This document shows, piece by piece, positions 53,365 through 64,000 of a DNA stretch of 64,000 nucleotides. Source of the DNA: Amoebidium appalachense (Eukaryota > Protista > Ichthyosporea). Each line of letters begins with the position of its first letter. The stretch's first letter is position 1. Location of the stretch: NCBI GenBank assembly GCA_963693365.1, contig CAVNZM010000012.1:4702409-4766408 (forward strand), in the 5' to 3' direction. The notes under the pieces are model-generated. The model had not been told where the DNA came from, did not search any database, and saw nothing but the letters and a program-made list of their open reading frames with translations. The translations under genes were made by a program, and so were the position numbers.

Positions 53365-54597
53365 TGTCTAAATTTTGAAAAAGTGGTGTGGCCTATGAAA
53401 TTTTGAGGACAACTTGGGGTTTTCAGCAGACAACTGTTCATGCTCAAAAATTTAGATTCCTTTTATTTTGTCAGTACAAGTAATTTTTAAATTTTTTAAT
53501 GTAAAAAAAAAAAGATGTTGTTGTGTCAAGCTCTACTGTTACAGAAACGGAAAATTAAACCTTTTTTCTTGAGGTTTCAGAATCTAAAACCCCGTTTCCA
53601 ACTGTTGCTAAGTTGGCTTTTTGGGACAGTCACTTGACAATCGGGTTTTTGTGTGGAATATCTAGCAGATTTTTATTTTATTTTTATTTATTATTGTTTT
53701 TTTTGGGTTGGTGGGGGGTGGGTGGGGTGGGGGGTGGGGGGTGGGGGGGTGGGGGGGGGGGGGGGGGGGGGGGGGGAGGAGTTGGGGGGGGGGGGGGAGG
53801 TTAAAGACTATTACTGTCCATGTGACATGTTAACAATGGCGGCACTATAATGTGTACGTATAAATATCGTTACCTATATGAATAGACGCATGTACGGTCA
53901 TTATGATTTGAAGTTAGTGTGCTGACGTAATGTGCATGTTACTACAGTAATGCAATTAGATTCTATTATTTGCCCTCCGTATTCTAAGTCAGCCTGAAGA
54001 TCATTGCTTGGCTATAGGTATATGGGTTGAGTGTGATTCCTTGAACTCATTTTGTGCATGTATGAAGTAGGTTGTCACGATTAGTTTTGATTTGTTTAAT
54101 CCTAAATATGTAATTAATCCTTATATTTTTATTACTTTTTCTCGATGTATGTATCCTTTTTAAGTCTTGTGAGGGCCTGTGCAATCCCGAAAATTGGAAT
54201 TGCGGTTTCCTGGTATCCCTGAAGTTTTCCAGGAGAGCACTGAATAAAATGTACGACCCATTTTTGGTGTACCTGCACAGACATATGTTGAAGCTGACAG
54301 ACGCATATATATATATGCATGCACCTCAAGCAAAAAAAAACAAAAAAAACCGTGTTCGTGCGTGCACACACGAACACCTCATGTAGTGCCCGTACATGCT
54401 GGACACACACAAATAAAAACACAGTCTACACACTCGGGCACACAAAAACAAACTCTTAACGTATAAAATTGTTCACACATGTGAAACGAAGAAGTATTAA
54501 TAAAGGTGGTTGATTTCTCGTACTGTACCCAGATTTATTCTCGGCGCATTCGAGGACAAACACCTGGTATTGAACCAAAATTGGGGTTTCAGGGGCC

Positions 54598-54607
54598 AAA
54601 AAAAAAA
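54598..54607 (-). terminator. Pol III oligo-T terminator of the tRNA
   Basis: T-run on the minus strand about 10 nt past the tRNA 3' end. Confidence 0.7.
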
Positions 54608-54616
54608 TGAAAGGTA

Positions 54617-54690
54617 TGGCCTCACCCAGGATCGAACTGGGGACCGCCTGTGTGTTAGACAGGCGTGATAACCGACTACACCATGAGACC
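54617..54690 (-). tRNA. tRNA-Val (anticodon AAC)
   Basis: Reverse complement GGTCTCATGGTGTAGTCGGTTATCACGCCTGTCTAACACACAGGCGGTCCCCAGTTCGATCCTGGGTGAGGCCA: 7-bp acceptor stem, anticodon stem CCTGT/ACAGG around CT-AAC-AC, T-loop GTTCGATCC. Confidence 0.96.
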
Positions 54691-54893
54691 ACATGCTTAC
54701 AGATGCCAGTCCTGAGTATGACACTTTTAAGTTTGCGCTTGAGCTGGCGCTCTTGTCTGACCCGTGCAGGTGAACTTGTCACGAAGTTTTGATTCATGTC
54801 GTCGAAAACACTTTAGCCGGTAGATTTTCAGTGGTTGCCGAATGTCGTGAAACCGATATGAAATCGTAACACACACACACGCACACACACGCG

Positions 54894-55027
<134 letters not shown>

Positions 55028-55264
55028 CGCACGCACGCACGCACGCACGCACACACGCACGCACGTTTCACCTGGGGCTGCCGGCAGGTCGAATATCTTC
55101 AGGCCCTACATCTAAGTGCAGTTGTGGTCGGCATGTGTAGGTGGGAGGTACACATGTAAGTGATGCTTTGTGGTAGGCATCTAGTGGGTGGAAGCTGCAT
55201 TGAAAACGTAGTTATTGGCTTATGTTGAGTTTTTTGGCTCTATTTATGCTTGTAAGTGCCATCG

Positions 55265-55295
<31 letters not shown>

Positions 55296-55350
55296 TGGTG
55301 AGTGTGTGTGTCTCTAAATTTCTCTTTTTGTGCTTTTTAGTGCCACCGGG

Positions 55351-55381
<31 letters not shown>

Positions 55382-57432
55382 TGTGTTTGTGGGTGTGTGT
55401 GTGTCTATAGTTTTTTTTCCCTTTTCTTTTGGGCTCTATTTGTGCTTTTTAGTGCCATCGGGGTGTGTGTGTGTGTGCGCGCGTGTGTGTTTGTGGTGTG
55501 TGTGTGTTTATAAATTTTTTTCTTTTTTTCTTTTTTTTTTTTTTTTTTTTTACAAAAAAATTGCGAATTATAATAGTGTGCAAGCTCGATAAATAGCTTG
55601 GCTATAATAGATTTGTGGGTAGTGTGACTTAGTCTAGTGTATGGGCAGCGTTGGATGCCTCACGACAGAGTTTAGTCTAGTTAGATTAACCCTAGGAATC
55701 CGAGCGCAATCGATGATGGGAACAAAAATGTTCCCAGACTTTGAGCGATCCAGATTGGTCGATTTTATCGGCTCTTTCCAGGGATAGATCGCGATGAGCT
55801 TGCCATGTGAGTTTGTCGATGGGATCCCAACTTGTTTTGACCAGAGCGACGGCCTACATGCGCCTGTAGGCGTATACCTCAAGCGAGGTCAAGTCCGCGA
55901 AATGATCCGAAAACTGGCGGAACACCGGTGAAAATAAAGTAAACCGTCTTTTCAGCTGCGCAGCCTTGGGATAACGTGACTGAAGAGCACGGGAGGCAAA
56001 AATGTACACCTTTAGTACATCGCTGATAAGACTGATACAAAAGATGCCACATGCATGCATGCACTCACGTCCATTTGAAGGTCCCATCTATTGAGTGTTG
56101 AAGCTATCCTATTGAGCATCCAGAAGCAATCGCACACGTAACTTTACTGTCATGCGGAAACAACTGTTATAAACCCCAAAGGACTTCTGTAAATCCGTAA
56201 AAAAAAACCAAAAAAAGAAAACATGGTTTTCATATAGCAGACAACCGGAGAAGGAAGCCGTTTCGGCAATGGCGAGTTCGTGTGCTCGTGTAAGGCGCCA
56301 ATATCATTGGTCATCAGAGTACGTAACGCGAATGCGGCCAATTTGTTTGTTGCCTGCTTTTCGTGGTTGTCCCATTATATAGCGTAAACTGCTCATTATT
56401 TTTATACAAAAAAATAAACGTATAAAAGTATTTATAGCATTACCACATGTAACTATTATAGGTGAGGTATTTTGCAACTAAAGACGCCTTAGACTGCCGT
56501 GAAACTGGCGGTCTCTTGTCGGATTTGTCCACTATCACGGCTAGCTTTCTCCAGGCTGATCTCGCTCAGTACACGTTCCCATGCCCAGGCCTCGGTTGGT
56601 AGGGGCGGCCGATTCGCCCCGGACCTACAAAGCGCATCCATACTGTATATACGTATACGTAGACGTTTGCAACATGTACGTAGGGATTTACGTATGACAC
56701 GGGAGAGTTTTGTACTTTACGTACGAGGTATACACAGGTATACGTATACTATGTTCCCTCATTTGCAGCGCTGGGCCATTTATGTATCGTTGGCAAATGC
56801 CTCGGTCAAGATAGTTTTCCCTCTATAAGATTTCGTTGCAAGCCAAGTGCAATTGGGCAAACCTTGAAGGTTGCGGACGAAATCCACACATATAATGCAA
56901 ACACCTTTACTAAACTTCATTTTCTTTATAGAAGCAACTTAGGGTATAAAATTGAGCTCCACGACACTACCGTTGTGCGTAGCGCTAGCGTCGCGCCAGC
57001 TACATACGCGTACGTACGTACAGGCATGACGTCTACATCAGCATCTTACATGTGGAAGACCTGCTCCCGCGACCCAATCAACAGCTTGCAGGCAACGAAA
57101 AAGAATTTAGAAATGTAGAGATATAGGGGCATGCCCCTACACACGAAACACGAAACAAAGAGTCAGAATACAGCACGCCCCTGATTTACGTATTACCTAC
57201 ATGTACAATACATACGCCTTTTGTGATCTCGCAAAATGGCATGCATGATGCGAGTGGAAAGGGCGTGTACATGTGCGCTAGTGCTTATCACACGTTCACG
57301 TTGCCGCAGTGACGCCCAAGCCCGACCATAACCCCGTTTTTACGGTAAAAAATACCCAGAAACTTTTGAAAATACCAACAAAATTTCGGTTCATGGTAAG
57401 CCTCCCGAGGTTTCATGGTAAGACATGGTAAG

Positions 57433-57480
<48 letters not shown>

Positions 57481-58939
57481 CCCGCCCGCCCGCCCGTCCG
57501 GCCCCCATGCATATGGCTGCGTATTATAACACAACACATGTGGTAAACCATGATATCATACGTATACAGGCATCACATGATACGGACATTCCAAAGTAGT
57601 GGCGCCACGTGTGTGTGTGTGTGCCACAGTGTGTGTGTGTGTGTGCTATGTGTGCGTCCGTGCATGTGTGTGCGTGCCTGTATACCCTAAAGGCGGGGCC
57701 CTTTGTCTGTCTTATGGCTAGAGCCCACTGCTCACGCACATGGCTACACTGGCACGTGGTTATGTTTTGTGCTACTGTTTATGGGAGGTGTGTGGAAGCG
57801 TGTTTGTGGAAGCGTGTGATAAGAGTGCTGGGCATAGTATAACCACATATTTGTGTGTGCTGTGTATGTTCTCATGCGCGTCAAGAGGTTAAAATGTACG
57901 TGTTTGTGTTATGTGTGGCACCTAGTAAACATGCAGATATGCAAAGAAGCAGAAGCAAGAGCGAGCAATTATTAGTTAGTTATTAGCCTTACTTGGAACG
58001 TTTATTCAGCTATCTAGGAAAGGCTAGCCGCGTGAGTGTGCGCAATACACTCTATCAACGTGGCTGGATAAGAGTGTGAACTCTTATACCCATTTTTCCT
58101 TAGCTGTATTTCATGACCAGAAGTGAGAGTATATCTATTTATATTCAATTTATCTATGCATGTAAATTCGAATTATAACTTGTGAGAACGAAAGAAAAGA
58201 ATAAAGTACTGTAGTCTAACATGTAGAAGTGTACAGTCACAGTGTTATAGTCATAGCCAGAGTCTCGCTGTTGCATGTTGAAGACACTTCTCCTTGAAGC
58301 CTTGCAGTGACGTCTTGAAGCTGCTGTACTTGGCCATGGGGGTAGAGGAACTTGGCTGGCTGTGACTCGGACTGACTGATCAAGTTGACTGGGCTGAATG
58401 ACTGAATGCATGTGGCGATTTATATACTCGGGGCATAGATTACGATAGCCAATAGAAATTGAGTACGCACCAACGTGCAAGAAGGTTACACTAAAAGTTA
58501 CACTAAGAAGAATCAGGAATATTCTAAGAAGAAGATGACGAAGCTTGGCACTGATAAGAATAATACAATATTCTAAATTATCTCTCAGGTCATGGCATCT
58601 CATATCACCAGGATAAGGACGACTTATATATAAATATATTTACATTCGAAAATATTCAAAATCATCTCCGGCACGATCTAATTAGACTTATTGGGAAATT
58701 CGAATTCCAAGATGACTGGGTTTTGCGAACAATGGAATGTACGTCATTGTGATGTCATCTTGGCTCGATAATCGATCGAACAGGGCTCTGAGCTCGCGCT
58801 CAGAAGAGATATCGATCACAAAGGGAGAGAGTGTATTAGCACGTGGCCATTACTTGTAGAGGGCCATAACGGTATATTTCTCTCTGTATAGACTTGTATT
58901 ACCAAATATAGAAAGAAGGAGGACGCCTTCTTTGCGATA

Positions 58940-60780
<1,841 letters not shown>

Positions 60781-61143
60781 AGAGAGAGAGAGCGAGAAAT
60801 GGCCAGAGAGAGTCGGAGGGAGTAAGCATCAGTTTGTGTGTGCATGTCACGGTACACATCATGTGTGTGGCCCAGATAGTGTGTGGTCGTGTATGAGCAT
60901 GTGACTCAAAAGACTTGGAGGGTGATCTAACAAACGAACAAACAAACAAAAAAGAGACGGGAAATCATGTGCAGGGGAGGGGGGAGGGGGGGAGGGGGGA
61001 GACAGGAACGGATTAGGGAGGAAAAGACAGAGTGAAACTCAGGAGGAAAGACTTAGGGGGGGGGGGGGGGGGAGGGGGGCTGGAGAAAAGGGAAAGGAAC
61101 GTTCGGGGAGTCAGGGTACTAAGGGGGAGCACTTCGTGTGTGT

Positions 61144-61174
<31 letters not shown>

Positions 61175-61301
61175 GGGGATGGTTGGTTTGTGGTGGGGAG
61201 CCCGGGGGACAAGGGGTGGGGGAGAGGGGACTGTAAGGCCTTTACACCACGGGAATGCCGGAGGGGGTGGGGTGTGTCTGTGTATGTGTGTGTGTGGGGG
61301 T

Positions 61302-61341
<40 letters not shown>

Positions 61342-61377
61342 TGTACTACAATTAGGGGCGCGGCACCCCGTGAATGG

Positions 61378-61935
61378 TGACGTCACAAGTGACGTCACAT
61401 TCACGCGGTCCCGCAGCCCCCAAAATATGGATATGTGGACATGAGATATGTGATATCTGTGTACACATATCGCGATATGGGATATGTGATATGGGTGGAT
61501 ATATGTACATGAGCACGTGCACACACTGTGTGTGTGTGTGTGCGTGTAAAACACGTGCAGAGCACGTGGTTTTAATTAAATGATTAGATAATTAAAGAGA
61601 GAGAGGGCGTGTCACGTGTACGCGTACGTGTACGCGTACATGTGGTGCGTACATGTACACAAGTGCGGATCAAAGGAATGCGAAGGTTTGCGCAAGACGT
61701 CCAATGGGAATTCGAATTCTGAATTCCATGTACAAGGCGTCCAATGGTATTACGGATGCGCAGGGCGACCAATGATAATTCGGCTCAAAAAAGCAAATTG
61801 CCGCACAAGGCGTCCAATCGAAATCTAGACTGGCACATGTGGTTCTAGGTGTCCAATGAGGGCACAGGGAACAGGGATTACGGTCCTCATTGGCCAGAAA
61901 CGCATCCTGCATCCTACCGCCGTGTACATAAACAG
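61378..61935 (+). promoter_or_regulatory. Putative promoter: two TGACGTCA palindromes, six CCAAT/ATTGG boxes and a TATA-like TACATAAA
   Basis: TGACGTCA at 61378 and 61390; CCAAT at 61701, 61741, 61769, 61814 and 61853; ATTGG at 61889. Three boxes share the context CAAGRCGTCCAAT. Confidence 0.55.
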
Positions 61936-62036
61936 CCGCACACAGGCAACATCTCACCAACCAAACATGAGCCAGACAGTCACAGTCGAGGTGCACACCA
62001 CAGTAACGTTCACCACACCCCCCAAGCAACAGCAAA

Positions 62037-62882
62037 ATGGTCAAGCCAACCCTGCTGCGTCAAATGACTGGTCTGTCCACCGTCAAAAGGACCAGCATCG
62101 TCGCGGCAAGCAGTGGCAAAGAAAACATCAACAGCAGCGTTGAGGGGTCCAAGATGGTGCAGTACAAGGAGGTGTTCCTCAACGGTGTGGGCAAGGTCAC
62201 CATGGGTGCACCCTGGGTCATGAACGACGTGCTGGTGGTGCAGCTGTACAACCTGCCCAACATCAACATCAACGGGCAGATGTTGATTGAACTGGGCACC
62301 CACCTGTCTGCCTACGACAAGACCACAATCAAGATCAAGTCCCAGCGCCGCCCCGAGCCCTTTGAGGTGGCCTACGCCACAGACCTGTGGCCCTACGTGT
62401 GCAGCATGGCCAAGGACGTGCTGTGGATGCACAAGGACCACGAGATGCTCAAGGGTGTCGACCTGGATGGTGTGCCCGTCAAGACCAGCAGCAACCTCTG
62501 GAGCAAGCACACCCCCAACCTGTACGAGGTGCTGGGTGCCGACCCCGTCGGCAAGGAGGACATGGAGGGGGCACTGGGCGACACCTACTTCAACGTGACG
62601 GTGGAATTGCCCAACCCCCATGGCCGCAACGCCTGCCTCTTCAAGCTGGGCAACAACGCGGCCTCTGTGGATGAGTTTGTGGAGTTTATGAACTCCCAGC
62701 GTGCCAAGTGCCGTGAGGTTACTGCATGGGTGTCTGCTGCCGCCACCAGCGTCATCTACAACAAGAAAAACAACACTGTGCGCACCAAGCTCGTTGCCCG
62801 CAAGGTTCAGGTGTTTGATTTAGATGGTCTGATGGAGTTGGTCAGTGATGGTGCGGGTAGTGAGGGGGAGGGGGTGATGTAG
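62037..62882 (+). CDS. Intronless hypothetical protein (281 aa), possibly an OB-fold ssDNA-binding protein of viral type
   Basis: Long non-repetitive ORF with strong C/G third-position bias (AAG, AAC, GTG, CTG, GAC). Terminal beta-strand-like segment SVIYNKKNNTVRTKLVARKVQVF followed by an acidic tail (DLDGLMELVSDGAGSEGEGVM). Confidence 0.75.
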   Translation: MVKPTLLRQMTGLSTVKRTSIVAASSGKENINSSVEGSKMVQYKEVFLNGVGKVTMGAPWVMNDVLVVQLYNLPNININGQMLIELGTHLSAYDKTTIKIKSQRRPEPFEVAYATDLWPYVCSMAKDVLWMHKDHEMLKGVDLDGVPVKTSSNLWSKHTPNLYEVLGADPVGKEDMEGALGDTYFNVTVELPNPHGRNACLFKLGNNAASVDEFVEFMNSQRAKCREVTAWVSAAATSVIYNKKNNTVRTKLVARKVQVFDLDGLMELVSDGAGSEGEGVM

Positions 62883-63376
62883 ACATGGGGCAGGCTAAGC
62901 GTGCTGGCACGCCCATGCCTGGGGAGGACCAGGCCAAAATGCTCAGGATGTAATAGGCACATGTCTGTTTATTCAGAATCTCTTTACCTCCGGGTGATGC
63001 CACGAAATAAACTTCTTCCCAAAAAAAAAACACTGTGTGCCGTCGCGACTGAGTTGACTTAGTACGTACATCAGTGAGAGAGTAAATGATTGCGCCAAAT
63101 ACTTTGCGTAACTTATGAGCCAATGTTCGGAAATCAAGCGAAATTGAATGTTACGTAACATTACGTATACACTTTTTTCTCCCATGTGCACTCTATCAAC
63201 TGTCAGCTCTCTCAGTCTCGTCTCGTTTTCGTTCGTTTTTTGTGAAGAAAAAACTTAGAAAAAACTCTTAAACATTTTCACAATCATCTCTTTTCGCACT
63301 TTTAGGTAGCAACACTTAGAAGTTACACCACAACACACACACACACACACACACATGCACACACATGCACACACAT

Positions 63377-63484
<108 letters not shown>

Positions 63485-64000
63485 GCACACACACGCACAC
63501 ACATGCACACACACGCACACGTGCAGGCACACGTGTGCAATGCACCATGGTAGTCTTCAGCTTGTGCTCTGTTTTTTTTCTTGGAACTTTCGAAAAAAAA
63601 CAAAAGTTTATTTTTGCCGTCGGTTCAATTCTTTGTATAAAAGAAGAAGAAAAAAAACGTGAAAATAAAGGGCACTGCCCACTATGTATACACAAATCAC
63701 AACGGTGTCTATGTTAATGAGGCCATGGCATGCTCAAACTTTAAGGTACTTTACTACTTTGAAAAACTTAAGAATGGTAAGTTTAGGGCACTGCCCACCA
63801 TCATCACCCCTATCCTGTGCACTAGCCCATGTAGCCTTGGTTCACAGTCTTGAGGGGCGGTGCCGCTGAGGTACGGAGTAAGTTAGGCACCCGGGTCCTA
63901 CCGTAGAAGTAGGGGGCACCGACCGTCATGATGTTGTTGTTGTTGTTGTAGGGGGTGTTGCTGTTGGTGCTGCTGCTGCGGAGGGGGGCAAGGTTTTCCT

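Noticed and set aside
55690-55935. Protein-like + strand stretch (MGTKMFPDFERSRLVDFIGSFQG*IAMSLPCEFVDGIP...)
   Set aside because: It is interrupted by a stop, short, and shows no recognisable family.
58154-58603. 149-aa minus-strand ORF
   Set aside because: No domain signature or codon bias; cannot be distinguished from a chance ORF.

Overview
This is eukaryotic nuclear DNA from an intron-rich genome saturated with (CA)n/(GT)n microsatellites and poly-C/poly-G tracts, so most ORFs in the supplied track are repeat artefacts. Two host genes could be rebuilt by hand from GT-AG splice sites with consistent exon phases. One is a SEL1L/Hrd3-like SEL1-repeat gene (+, 16 exons at 788-14877, 5' end outside the window) with an unusual multi-pass hydrophobic C-terminus. 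The other is a complete ITPK1-like inositol phosphate kinase (+, 10 exons, 43492-53364). The window also holds a tRNA-Val(AAC) and an intronless, GC3-rich orphan ORF (62037-62882) that resembles a viral-type ssDNA-binding protein. Between the two genes is a transposon cluster. Its main feature is a 19.2-kb segment (21643-40797) bounded by matching terminal inverted repeats (TIRs) and a 3-bp AAT target-site duplication (TSD). It starts with a PIF/Harbinger(PHIS)-like transposase exon and carries a spliced cargo gene with a 2OG-Fe(II) dioxygenase-like HxD motif and a triplicated symmetric exon, plus nested LINEs. A 541-bp MITE with related TIRs and an AGT TSD lies next to it. Also present are APE-RT LINE copies with tandem duplications at their 5' junctions, a DIRS-type RT/RNase H fragment, and an intronic repeat family that ends in poly-C and carries hammerhead-core-like motifs. 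All family assignments come from motif recognition by eye; no database search was run.
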